Source: a virus
Strand: one strand, 5' to 3'
IMG/VR virus record: IMGVR_UViG_3300045988_175722
Span: 40,206 to 104,205 of that record
Length of the DNA stretch: 64,000 nucleotides
Shown one piece after another: positions 52,284-61,992 of the stretch (position 1 is its first letter; every line of letters starts with the position of its first letter). The notes beneath the pieces were generated by a model, which did not search any database, was not told where the DNA came from, and saw only the letters and a list, made by a program, of their open reading frames with translations. Position numbers and translations under genes: made by a program.

Positions 52284-54440
52284 ATGGCAACAGAAGCAAA
52301 AACCACCAACTATTGGATTTCGAGCAATGCACTCTATATCCAGCTCAACGCCATGGGTGAACCCGACTACACGCAATGCAGTGTGGCCACGGGTGCATCC
52401 ATCCTCTGCTATATGCAGGGCGTAAAAGGCTTGGAGTATGATGCAGGGCACAACTACCAGCGGTGGCCTCTTGCTGCATACCCTTCCATCTTCCCCGATA
52501 GCGAAAAGAAATATGTGTATGCTGCCATCCCCCGTACCCGTCTCTCGGAAGGCGACCAGGCTACTATCGTGTTCCCTGGGCAGCGTATCGACCTCTATGG
52601 CAAGGCGATCATCTCAACCAAAAACGAAGATGGTACCACATCCGAAACCGAGGGCGAACAGATAGGTAACGAGGGCTTTTATTACATCTTCCTGCAAGGT
52701 ATCATATCGGAAGTAAAGACTGATACCGACGGCGTGACCCGCAAGCGTGAGTGGAGCCAGCAGATGAACTTCGGTTCCCTGGCCACCGATGAAGCCTTGG
52801 CTTCGGGCGGTGAAGGCGCATGGTGGAAATATAACTCTGCCTCTGATACCGTCACCTTCTTAAAAACCATTCAGAAGGCGAATTTCGAGGAACTGGCTGC
52901 GAAATCAGCCACCCTCACTAAGCTCATCCTCGGCAATAGCCCACTCACGGGCATTGCCAATGCTGAAACTCTGGATGATAACAACGAGCGCATCGTAACG
53001 CCGCTCTATCTGGGTTTGTTCGGCGAGAAGCATTTTCTGGCCAAAGACAAGGATGATACCGCCCATGGCACCATCACCTTTGAGAAGGTGCAGAAGTTTC
53101 TCAGCGGTTTGGTAGCCCAGAAGGAATCGAGTTTTAAAGGTGGTGCAACCTTCGGCGATTTCGTCAAGGGCATCTTAATCGGCAGCGGTGCCAATATTGA
53201 TGCCCTGGGCAATGCTGAGTTTCAGAGTATCACGGCACGCAGTTCGATTATCGCCAAGGAACTCATCGTAAACCGCCAGACCGCCATGGAAAGCAACTTT
53301 GTCTTCACAGAAAGCGGATTGGTGGAAAAAGTGATTGAGCATGCTCCGGAAGCGGAAGGCGGAAATCCTACCTACACCCTGCAGCTTCAGAAACGATGGG
53401 AGAATGATTTCACGGCATTCAAGGAAAATGACGTGGTGCTCGCCTCCGTCAACACCCTGATGCAGGACGGCAAATACTACGATATCTGGTTCCGCATCCT
53501 CGATGTAAACACGGTGAAGAATACCATCGATGTGGTGTGCTATCCAGATAATGAGGTGCCGAGCCAGAAGAACTATCCGCCCTGCGAACTGGCACGACTG
53601 ATACGATGGGGTAACGCCACTGATACTGCCAGACAAAGTTGCTGGTATATTTCATCGGAAAACGGCGTATTGGTATGGCTCGATCACGTAACCAAGCCTA
53701 TCATTGATATATCGAATTACTCCGTGGCTATCGGTAGAATGCCTGACGAACTGCGGAATTTCGTGTTCAAGGACTATCCTATCAACGATAGAGACAGCGC
53801 CTTCTACGCCAAATACCTTGCCGTGCAGAAGCAGGTGCAGGTGGATTTCCAGGGCAACGTGATACAGAAGGTGGTAGATAGAGGTATCTGGTCGCTCACC
53901 GTAGCCGAGAGCAGCAACCCCTACCGCTGTACTAATATCGAGGTACACGATGTGTGGCACAATGGCTGCAAATGGCGCTGCCTGAAGGATAAGACGGCAA
54001 ACAAGCCACAATATGCCAGTACTGACTGGGCGTTTGTGGAAGGCAACCCTGAGTTTACCTGCAAGATTTTTGGTGCTGAAGATATTTTCGATGGCGATTA
54101 TATCTCGCAGCCCGATGCCAACGGCAAATATCCGGTGTTTACCACACTGAGTGTAAAAGGTTATCTTTACAACGAGGACGTGACTGCCCACATCAAGGAA
54201 CGCCATGTAACATGGACCCGTGACAGCGGCAATGTGGCAGAGGATAACACCTGGGCAGCCATACATGCCAACTCCGGCTTTTCGGTGCCGCTCACCTGGG
54301 AAGACCTGGGCAAGAACGCATCCGAACGCTTCAGCTGTAAGTTTAAGGTAACGGTAATCATCATCGATGAGACCACTGAAACCAACGCCACGGACACCAA
54401 CCGCACCAAGCAGGCAAGCGATGAACTGACATTTAATTAA
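52284..54440 (+). CDS. tail fibre or baseplate-like protein
   Basis: 718-aa ORF within a run of large late genes. Confidence 0.5.
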   Translation: MATEAKTTNYWISSNALYIQLNAMGEPDYTQCSVATGASILCYMQGVKGLEYDAGHNYQRWPLAAYPSIFPDSEKKYVYAAIPRTRLSEGDQATIVFPGQRIDLYGKAIISTKNEDGTTSETEGEQIGNEGFYYIFLQGIISEVKTDTDGVTRKREWSQQMNFGSLATDEALASGGEGAWWKYNSASDTVTFLKTIQKANFEELAAKSATLTKLILGNSPLTGIANAETLDDNNERIVTPLYLGLFGEKHFLAKDKDDTAHGTITFEKVQKFLSGLVAQKESSFKGGATFGDFVKGILIGSGANIDALGNAEFQSITARSSIIAKELIVNRQTAMESNFVFTESGLVEKVIEHAPEAEGGNPTYTLQLQKRWENDFTAFKENDVVLASVNTLMQDGKYYDIWFRILDVNTVKNTIDVVCYPDNEVPSQKNYPPCELARLIRWGNATDTARQSCWYISSENGVLVWLDHVTKPIIDISNYSVAIGRMPDELRNFVFKDYPINDRDSAFYAKYLAVQKQVQVDFQGNVIQKVVDRGIWSLTVAESSNPYRCTNIEVHDVWHNGCKWRCLKDKTANKPQYASTDWAFVEGNPEFTCKIFGAEDIFDGDYISQPDANGKYPVFTTLSVKGYLYNEDVTAHIKERHVTWTRDSGNVAEDNTWAAIHANSGFSVPLTWEDLGKNASERFSCKFKVTVIIIDETTETNATDTNRTKQASDELTFN

Positions 54441-54458
54441 AAATAAAAAGTAAGAATC

Positions 54459-55685
54459 ATGATTATTTCAAAGACAACCAAACTCGACATCCAGCATGAA
54501 CCGCTAGACGTGAGTTGCAACATCGTCGCCCACGGCGGTATTCCCGACCGGCAGGTGTTTGATAGTGCCAGCGGCGGTTATACTCCCGACTATTCGGTAG
54601 ATGCTCCGCTCTGTCTCTATCCGCAGTGCCGAGCCTTCGGTTCCAACGAGAGTACGCCGGATGGCGGTATCGTTAACAGTGACGCAAAGAACTTTTCTTT
54701 TGCCTGGTATGAGCTTGTGTTCGATAAGGCGAAAAATAAGTACGTGCGTGGCGAAGCCCTTAAAAGCAGTGCTTCCTACACTGTGGTAGAAACATCAGCC
54801 GATGGACTGATTCGAGGCATGCTGCTGGTACGCAAGAATGCCCAGCCGAACAATCCGATCCGTCTGGAGTTTGAAGCCAATTACACCGACAAGGCAAACC
54901 GCGTACTCCACTATCTGGGGCAGAAGAACGTAACCTGCGATGATATGGAGGCTGCCACTCCAGTGATGCACCTTACGCCTACATCGTCTATCTTCAATCC
55001 TCTGAAGGAAAATTCAAAGGTGACTTTTGATGTATTGATTACCGACGGCAACAGCAATATCACTAACAATAAAAATGTGCTTATCAAGTGGTACCGCAAG
55101 GTGAACGTGAACGGCACATCTTACGATTTGCAGGAGGTGAAGGCTAGCGGCATTGACGATGTAGAAGTTCTTGAACTCTCTACCAAAACCGTTACCATCG
55201 ACGGCAAGGACGTAAGTTCGCCGGGCAGCAAGCTCACCATCGACCGCAGTCTGATAGGCGAGGAGATACAGTATGTGTGCAAGGCAATACGCCGTCCTAC
55301 CCTGTCAAAATCAGATGATTTCACCGATCGAGATCCATCGCAGACCGTGGGTGTGCGCTGGCAACTTCCAGCCATCAAGGTGACAACCTACGGCATGATG
55401 GACACCGCCGACGAGCAGCAGGAGACTATCAATCCTAGCTTCGATATTCGTGACGTGCAGACGCAGGAAGTATATGAAAACTGGGCTGACTTCTACAACA
55501 TCTCCTGGCAGGTGAAGAATCCGGGCGAAATCGCCTTCAAGGAAGTTTCTACCGAAGCCAACCCTTCTATTCCGTTTATAGCGGGCATGGGGGTGCAGCT
55601 GGGCGTAGAGCCAAAGGGACCGAAGAAACTGGTTACTGCAGGCGGCAAGCAAATGACGATAGACGGCAAGTTCCTGGTAGTATAA
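54459..55685 (+). CDS. hypothetical tail-module protein
   Basis: 408-aa ORF. Confidence 0.55.
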   Translation: MIISKTTKLDIQHEPLDVSCNIVAHGGIPDRQVFDSASGGYTPDYSVDAPLCLYPQCRAFGSNESTPDGGIVNSDAKNFSFAWYELVFDKAKNKYVRGEALKSSASYTVVETSADGLIRGMLLVRKNAQPNNPIRLEFEANYTDKANRVLHYLGQKNVTCDDMEAATPVMHLTPTSSIFNPLKENSKVTFDVLITDGNSNITNNKNVLIKWYRKVNVNGTSYDLQEVKASGIDDVEVLELSTKTVTIDGKDVSSPGSKLTIDRSLIGEEIQYVCKAIRRPTLSKSDDFTDRDPSQTVGVRWQLPAIKVTTYGMMDTADEQQETINPSFDIRDVQTQEVYENWADFYNISWQVKNPGEIAFKEVSTEANPSIPFIAGMGVQLGVEPKGPKKLVTAGGKQMTIDGKFLVV

Positions 55686-55687
55686 AG

Positions 55688-55718
55688 CCCCCGTCCCCAG
55701 CGATTCTATCGCTGGTCC
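55688..55718 (+). repeat. gene-boundary hairpin element copy 15
   Basis: The loop is TCT. It lies 3 nt after the stop at 55685. Confidence 0.85.
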
Positions 55719-55768
55719 AATAACAAATAAGAAAAATAAATTATTAACAAAAAAAAATAAAAGAAATT

Positions 55769-56278
55769 ATGGGTACAGATTTTCCTAGAATCAAGGTTAC
55801 ACCGAAGGTAGCCAAGCTCTTTGCTAATTTGCAGATGCGCAACAAAACGCGCGATGGTAATTACATTCTCTGGATGAGTGATTTGGACACGGTTCCGGGT
55901 GATACCATCGCCGATAGAGCTGCCTACGTAGGCGGTGCTTTGCTTACTCCTATGGAGACCAAGATGGAGTGCCAGGGCACGGCAGCTCAGTATAAGTCGG
56001 TCTCCACTCCGGTTTATCTGGATAAGGACGCAGAGACAGAAGCAGCCAGCAATAAGCAGGCGACAGACAACAACGGCAGCGAGAGTACCGATACGGGCTA
56101 TGTGGCTCCCGAGGTAGTAGGTGGCAGCATTCCGTCGGTAGTTGCTCCGGCAGGTGATAGTCATGCACCGGAAGAGAACACAGAGGGTACAGAAGGCGCA
56201 GATAGTGCAACAGGCAGCGAGAACGGCGACCATGCCGACAGTGCCGCAGCCGATGCAGCAGCAAAGAAGAGTAAATAA
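55769..56278 (+). CDS. hypothetical protein, acidic low-complexity C-terminus
   Basis: 169-aa ORF. Confidence 0.45.
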   Translation: MGTDFPRIKVTPKVAKLFANLQMRNKTRDGNYILWMSDLDTVPGDTIADRAAYVGGALLTPMETKMECQGTAAQYKSVSTPVYLDKDAETEAASNKQATDNNGSESTDTGYVAPEVVGGSIPSVVAPAGDSHAPEENTEGTEGADSATGSENGDHADSAAADAAAKKSK

Positions 56279-56300
56279 TTAAAGCAGGAGGACATAGACT

Positions 56301-57425
56301 ATGAGTAATCAGGCTTCATATATTACCAACGTGGCTTATTCAAGAAGCGGTGGTACCTATTCGGCACGCATGGTGTCAGATTATGGCGACATCTATCAGA
56401 ACTACACGGCGTATGACAGTGCCACCAAGCAGGCATCAGGCATTTCGCCATCATTCGTAACCAATCCGCCTACCGTGCAGATTGCTATTTTCAATAGTAA
56501 GAAGGTAGGTCAGGTTTCGGGTTCCGACAATTCGGTAAATACAACGGGTGAGGTTTATCCGGGTAGTGTGGTGTGGACCGCCATCGGACAGGAACTTACC
56601 TTTGACAGCAAGGGTATTTCTACCAATACTTTCAACGGCGAGACGGGTCATTTCCAGCTTGTCAATGCCAACGCGGCAACCAATACCCGTGCGGGTTTGA
56701 AAATCATCAAGAACGTGGTTGTTGCTTCACAGGCAACTCCATTCTCTATTGATGCCGTAGCGAGCGTGGCAAACGGTAAGGGTTCTACCAAGGTTCCTGC
56801 ATCTTTGTCAGTGGCAATTAAGAAGGTGAGCACGGGTTCGGTAGTGGTGAATATTACCGCTACAAATGGCGGCATTATTTACGCTGGAGCTGGAGGCAAA
56901 TACAAAACAACAAGGCTTACTGCTACCGTTTCTAGTATCAGTGATGATACCTCTTCGTCAGGCTTAACTTATGAGTGGTATGCGCAGAATCTGGAAACGG
57001 GCGAATTTGTCATTATGGATGGCGAGATTAAGAATTACATCGATGTCGGTTTGGATATGGTTGACCAGTCTCGACTTTTCAAGGTAACGGTATCTGCCAA
57101 AGGCTCCGCGATTGGATCTGATACTTGTGCAGTATTTGACCAGTCAGATCCTCTGCGTATTGACGCGAACCCGGTTCCGTCTGACGAGACCATAAGAGAG
57201 GGCGATGCAACTGCCAGTCAGGTCAAATGGACTCCGGTGCTGATGCGAGGCAATGATGCTGTCGATGATTCTAAGGTAGAATGGAAGTTCCGTATTTACG
57301 ATTCTGTAGGACAGACGGTTTATCCGCAAGATTTGACCGATAAGGCGAAATTCATCGTTACCGAGCAGATGTTTGGTGATTTGGGTTCTCTCCAGGCGTG
57401 CATCTTCGCCAAGACAACCGCATAA
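56301..57425 (+). CDS. hypothetical tail-module protein
   Basis: 374-aa ORF, beta-rich in appearance. Confidence 0.55.
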   Translation: MSNQASYITNVAYSRSGGTYSARMVSDYGDIYQNYTAYDSATKQASGISPSFVTNPPTVQIAIFNSKKVGQVSGSDNSVNTTGEVYPGSVVWTAIGQELTFDSKGISTNTFNGETGHFQLVNANAATNTRAGLKIIKNVVVASQATPFSIDAVASVANGKGSTKVPASLSVAIKKVSTGSVVVNITATNGGIIYAGAGGKYKTTRLTATVSSISDDTSSSGLTYEWYAQNLETGEFVIMDGEIKNYIDVGLDMVDQSRLFKVTVSAKGSAIGSDTCAVFDQSDPLRIDANPVPSDETIREGDATASQVKWTPVLMRGNDAVDDSKVEWKFRIYDSVGQTVYPQDLTDKAKFIVTEQMFGDLGSLQACIFAKTTA

Positions 57426-57477
57426 AAAGCGCTTTTCGCACAAAGGATTTTTTTAGAATAAACATAAATTAATCAAT

Positions 57478-60342
57478 ATGCAAAACGGAGCAGTATATAC
57501 CACGCAGGTGGGCTATGTAAAAAAGGGTGCGGATGCGGTTTCCTACGAAATCGTACCCTCCACCCGCTCCTTGCTTGTCCTTGCTAATGGTCATTGGGCG
57601 GAGGGAACGACGACGAGCACGAGCTTTGCAAAGGTAACTTGCTCGGTATATAAGGTAATCGGTTCCAAGCGAGAGCTATGTACCGAGAAGTTGTATTATT
57701 CGGCAAGCAGTGCTTATATTAAAGGCTTCATGTTCGACAAGGGTACCTTTTACCTGATAATCCCCCGCAGTGCCACCATTGTGGATGTTTCCATCTTTGT
57801 TTGTGACAAAACTACATCGAAGCCTACAGGCAATCCGCTTGCCATGATCAGCATCCCCGTGGTTCACAATGGAACCGATGGCACCAGCGGTGCATCGCTC
57901 CTCTGTCAGTATTCCAGCAATGGAACGGGCAACTGGCATGATGATTATCAGCAGGGCACGGATTTCTGGATGCACCAAAAGCTTTCCACCGATACCAACT
58001 GGAGTGCTCCGATGCGCATTATAGGTGAACAGGGCATCAAAGGCAAGGACGGCAGCTATACCGAGTTTGGCTACGGTATCAGTAGCATGGAGGCTACCAG
58101 CAGCCCTACCACATCGCCTACAGATGTAAGCGAATGGTTTGATGGTCCGCAGAAGACTACCGCCAAGAAGCCTTATCTCTGGATGACTACCTGCAGGTTT
58201 TCGGGCGACGGCAAGGAAGGCACGAGATATTATGTCAGAATCAACGGTAAAGATGGTGCCAATGGTACATCTATCAACATCAAGGGCAATTTAGCCAATT
58301 CGGGCTTGCTCCCTACATCAGGTGCAGCCCTCGGCGACTGTTATCTGATAAACGGCGAACTCTGGGTGTATGTAGGTGAACAGGAAGGTGGAAACACTGA
58401 TACCATGGTGTATGGCTTCGTGAACTGCGGCAGCATCAAGGGTGCCCCTGGCGCTAATGCCACCCAGTACTTCTACCATGTGGCCTGGGCGAACAACATC
58501 ACCAAGCAGGAAGACGGCTCCATCGTAGCAGAAGGTTTTACTACCTCTAACCCCGCGGGCGCAGCCTATGCCTATATGGGTGTGTGCTACAATACCAACG
58601 GCAAGACCGACCCTGATACGCCATCGGTGTACAAATGGGTAAAGGTGGGAGGCAAGCCGGCCATTACGTGCGAGGTTCGCCTTGATACCAACACCGTGAC
58701 GCTGAATGAAAAGACGGGCAAGTTCGTAACCGAGAAGCTGGGTAAGTTCCGCTACATCAAGCATGTGGGTGGAACGGAAGAAGAGATAAACTCGGTGTAT
58801 CTGTTATCCAATAACCTGGCGATATTTCTTAAGGATGGTGTAGTAAAGGGCGGTCTCATGGCCAGCGGTGAGTCTGACATCATGAAGTTCATCGAGAATA
58901 GCAAGATAGCTCAGACCGACATCGACATGATCCGCTTCTTCTGGTACGACCAGATGCTGCTGAATCTAAACAGTGATCCGAACGGTACCATCCTTAAGAG
59001 AATCAGGGATGCGCAGGGTATTCCGCCCGCCGATACAGGAATCAAAATCCTGGCAAGCAGCACCTTTACCGTATTGCGCCAGCCGAAAGATGGCGAACGG
59101 GGCAGTGCGGGAGCCAAGTGGCGACAGCACAAGGGTTTCGTTAAGGCTTCGGAAGCTGAACCTTACGGCTATATGGCAGGTGGTGAAGGAGAAGAGTTCA
59201 TCGACGTGGTATTGGTAGGCAAGGTGTGGTACCGCTGCCAGAAATCGTACCAATCTACGGGCATCACTGACCCTAACAATACCCTGGGCACATCTGCCTT
59301 TGAGGAATATTGGGGTGCCCCATTTACCAATGCCGATTTCATAGCCACGGATTTGTTCTTGGCTGAGAATGCCAAGATTAACCTTCTGGGTTCCAACGAG
59401 GTGAATCTTTATGACAGCAGCAGCGATGGCAACGAAACAGGTAAACTCTTCGGTTCTTATCGTGTGCCCGTAGTGACGGCAGGTAGTATTCCGTATGCCT
59501 TATGGCTGGGAGGAGAGACAGGTGCAGATGCCCCATTCTCGGTAACGAAGGGTGGAGAGATTTATGCCACGGCGGGACAGATTGGTTCGTTCAATATTGT
59601 GACAAAAAAAGACCTGGTATCGGACTACGTTTTTTACAGTCTTTCTGCCTATTCAGAAGGCACGATATATGGCCTTCCTCCCTGTTGTACCGTCTTGGAT
59701 AATTACGGAATTTTTGTTCACAGTGATATAGCGGTACCGGGAAACTGGACGCATATTGAGTTGGGTAGAGAGAGTGAGCTAACAAGCAATGATACGAGCA
59801 TAGATCCTATGTACCGATATGGAGCAGGTAAGCTCGTTAGGATAAACGGAGATACATCTAGTGTAGAACTTGATATTACGGGTATCTATGTAAGCGTAAG
59901 GTCTCATCCCGATAATAGGAGCTATGCTTTCTATGCGGACAGTGGTGACATAAGGGTTTATCAGGGCAAGATAGAAGTAGATAGCGGCGATGTAGAGGTA
60001 AAGAAAGGCGATTTCGTAGGCACGCACCGTCCGCCTACGGCGGTTACGGACAAAGACAAAGCTCTGACTGATGCTGATTATTTTGTTGTTTGTACGAACG
60101 GCGAAAGGACCACCATCACTCTCACGCTTCCTCTTTTTCCAAAAGAAGGTCAGTCATACCAGATATATCAGGCAGGCAAAGGTAAGGTAGTGGTGAAATC
60201 TACAACATCCCGCCACCCCATCGTATCACACAACCACGATTATCCGGGCGGTTCGCAGGATTTCACGTCCAACACGACCAACCAGACCACGTGGGTTATC
60301 TATGCACAAGGCAAATGGTATCTTAATTTTTTAAATCATTAA
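57478..60342 (+). CDS. tail fibre protein (putative)
   Basis: 954 aa. WSAPMRIIGEQGIKGKDGS is a fibre-like motif. It lies immediately upstream of the DGR target gene. Confidence 0.6.
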   Translation: MQNGAVYTTQVGYVKKGADAVSYEIVPSTRSLLVLANGHWAEGTTTSTSFAKVTCSVYKVIGSKRELCTEKLYYSASSAYIKGFMFDKGTFYLIIPRSATIVDVSIFVCDKTTSKPTGNPLAMISIPVVHNGTDGTSGASLLCQYSSNGTGNWHDDYQQGTDFWMHQKLSTDTNWSAPMRIIGEQGIKGKDGSYTEFGYGISSMEATSSPTTSPTDVSEWFDGPQKTTAKKPYLWMTTCRFSGDGKEGTRYYVRINGKDGANGTSINIKGNLANSGLLPTSGAALGDCYLINGELWVYVGEQEGGNTDTMVYGFVNCGSIKGAPGANATQYFYHVAWANNITKQEDGSIVAEGFTTSNPAGAAYAYMGVCYNTNGKTDPDTPSVYKWVKVGGKPAITCEVRLDTNTVTLNEKTGKFVTEKLGKFRYIKHVGGTEEEINSVYLLSNNLAIFLKDGVVKGGLMASGESDIMKFIENSKIAQTDIDMIRFFWYDQMLLNLNSDPNGTILKRIRDAQGIPPADTGIKILASSTFTVLRQPKDGERGSAGAKWRQHKGFVKASEAEPYGYMAGGEGEEFIDVVLVGKVWYRCQKSYQSTGITDPNNTLGTSAFEEYWGAPFTNADFIATDLFLAENAKINLLGSNEVNLYDSSSDGNETGKLFGSYRVPVVTAGSIPYALWLGGETGADAPFSVTKGGEIYATAGQIGSFNIVTKKDLVSDYVFYSLSAYSEGTIYGLPPCCTVLDNYGIFVHSDIAVPGNWTHIELGRESELTSNDTSIDPMYRYGAGKLVRINGDTSSVELDITGIYVSVRSHPDNRSYAFYADSGDIRVYQGKIEVDSGDVEVKKGDFVGTHRPPTAVTDKDKALTDADYFVVCTNGERTTITLTLPLFPKEGQSYQIYQAGKGKVVVKSTTSRHPIVSHNHDYPGGSQDFTSNTTNQTTWVIYAQGKWYLNFLNH

Positions 60343-60361
60343 TTATAATAAGTAAAATAAT

Positions 60362-61117
60362 ATGGCAATTCAAACAATCGATTTCAATGAATGGGTAAAA
60401 GCGAACCCATCGGTAGTAAGCAGCGCCATCAAGAGCAATTTCTTGCAGGCGGCTAAATCGGACATGGTGGAGCTGATGAACCAGAACCTCCGTCCGTTGC
60501 AGGATGGTGTGTATATCGGTAAGATTCAGAAAGAGACCTGGGGTAGCTACATGCGTACCGAGCCATGGCAGACTACCAACATCGGTATTACTGCAGCAGA
60601 TGCAGATGCCATCGTGATTCAGTTCGGCGGCTATCGCCTCGGTATCGCACTTACTGAGCCTGATGCCCTGAAATGGGGCAGTAGTACCACGGTGCGTGTA
60701 AACGTGGCAGATGATCTGAACAGCTATGATGGCAAGCAGCTCACTGCCAACATCATAAAGAATGATGCGTACAAAAATGATGCTGCCGCTACTTACGCCG
60801 TGGCATACGCCTACGCCTACAGTAAGGGGCACACGGGTGATCCAGGTGGCGATGTAAGTATTCCGGCTAAGAGTTGGTGGCTGCCTACCATGGGTGACCT
60901 CGCCTTGATTCACCGCTACTTCGAGACCATCAATCTCGCCCTGACAAGAATCAAGAACGCAGGTAAGCAGACCGTGACCCTGCTCCAGCGCGCCGGCTAC
61001 TGGAGTTGTTGTGAGACCAGTGCAGGCAACGCTCGCCATCTGGTTTTCTCCAATGGCATTCGCGGCAACTACGGTAAGGGTATTACGGATCGTGTGCGAC
61101 CTGTTACGGCATTTTAA
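60362..61117 (+). CDS. DGR variable protein (receptor-binding candidate; DUF1566/C-type-lectin-like C-terminus)
   Basis: 251 aa. WWLPTMGDLALI…YWSCCETS…VRPVTAF fits the pattern of DGR targets. The VR occupies the last 44 codons. Confidence 0.85.
   Translation: MAIQTIDFNEWVKANPSVVSSAIKSNFLQAAKSDMVELMNQNLRPLQDGVYIGKIQKETWGSYMRTEPWQTTNIGITAADADAIVIQFGGYRLGIALTEPDALKWGSSTTVRVNVADDLNSYDGKQLTANIIKNDAYKNDAAATYAVAYAYAYSKGHTGDPGGDVSIPAKSWWLPTMGDLALIHRYFETINLALTRIKNAGKQTVTLLQRAGYWSCCETSAGNARHLVFSNGIRGNYGKGITDRVRPVTAF
60986..61113 (+). repeat. DGR variable repeat (VR)
   Basis: 128 nt, identical to the TR except at 12 positions, each of which is A in the TR. Confidence 0.9.
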
Positions 61118-61148
61118 CCTCTTTATCTCTTTACCTCTTTATCTCTTT

Positions 61149-61164
61149 CCCGCCGCTAGGCGGG
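61149..61164 (+). promoter_or_regulatory. GC hairpin downstream of the VR (candidate DGR target-recognition hairpin)
   Basis: CCCGCC GCTA GGCGGG, starting 35 nt after the VR end. It is preceded by a duplicated CCTCTTTATCTCTTT. Confidence 0.45.
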
Positions 61165-61221
61165 CAAGCAAGGATGGAAGCAGGAATGGAGGCAAGAAAC
61201 GCAGCCAGAAAAGCATTTATT

Positions 61222-61248
61222 CTCGCTCGCCATCGGCGAGCGAGTTTT
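61222..61248 (+). terminator. intrinsic terminator
   Basis: CTCGCTCGCC ATC GGCGAGCGAG followed by TTTT. Confidence 0.65.
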
Positions 61249-61364
61249 CACCGAAAATCGGGGCGTTTCGCTCCGATTTTCTTATTTTTGGGGCAAAAAT
61301 CGGATTTTTATCTTAAATGGCGTTAAATTTTGGGCTAGAATTTGATGGTATCAAAATTTATTAT

Positions 61365-61372
61365 TACTTTTG
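61365..61372 (+). promoter_or_regulatory. -7 box candidate for the avd-TR-RT unit
   Basis: TACTTTTG matches TAnnTTTG. Confidence 0.3.
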
Positions 61373-61496
61373 CAGAAAATAAATTGTTTAACATAAATTT
61401 AAAAAGAAAAGCACAATTACTTAGACTAGCTTATCCGAGCGCCTTTGGGCGCAAGTGATAGCCAAGTCTCTGCAAATTGTCAGCAAGAGTTTTGAT

Positions 61497-61844
61497 ATGG
61501 CAGAAGCAAGACAGCTCCCGATTTATCGGGCTACGTATGAGCTTGTGAGCAAGTTGACCTCCTGGGTAGAAAACTTCCCTAGGATACATCGCTTTACACT
61601 TGGCGACAGGGTGGTATGCAACGCCATCGACCTGTTCAATTACATCCAGCTCGCCAATATGTATGCAGACCAGAGAAAACAGTACCTCATGGGGTTTACA
61701 ACGAAACTGGAACTCGTAAAAACGCTGTTACGCCTATGCTTTGAGAGAAAACTTTTCTCGACAAAACAATCGGCTGACATTTGTAGAATGATGACCAATA
61801 TCGGTAAACAGGCTACCGGCTGGAGGAACTCCAAGAAGGTTTAG
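61497..61844 (+). CDS. avd: Avd-like four-helix-bundle accessory protein
   Basis: MAEARQLPIYRATYELVSKL…FPRIHRFTLGDRV… matches the four-helix-bundle (23S rRNA IVS protein) family pattern. It lies between the target and the TR. The track ORF starts at 61455. Confidence 0.8.
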   Translation: MAEARQLPIYRATYELVSKLTSWVENFPRIHRFTLGDRVVCNAIDLFNYIQLANMYADQRKQYLMGFTTKLELVKTLLRLCFERKLFSTKQSADICRMMTNIGKQATGWRNSKKV

Positions 61845-61992
61845 TACCCTTGGTTTGAAAAGCAAGAGTATGGTGTTGCCAAGGCGCACCATAGAGACGA
61901 TCCTTCTAGAATAATGGTCCCACCACTGTCAAGTCGCATTCTTGTTTGTAAAAGATTGCGAACCAGTTAAGATGTATTTAGAGTGGGAATAA

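Noticed and set aside
61011-61316. A 101-aa + strand ORF overlapping the end of the DGR target gene.
   Set aside because: It is in a different frame from the well-supported target gene. It runs through the VR, the post-VR hairpin and the terminator, so it is better explained as non-coding regulatory sequence.
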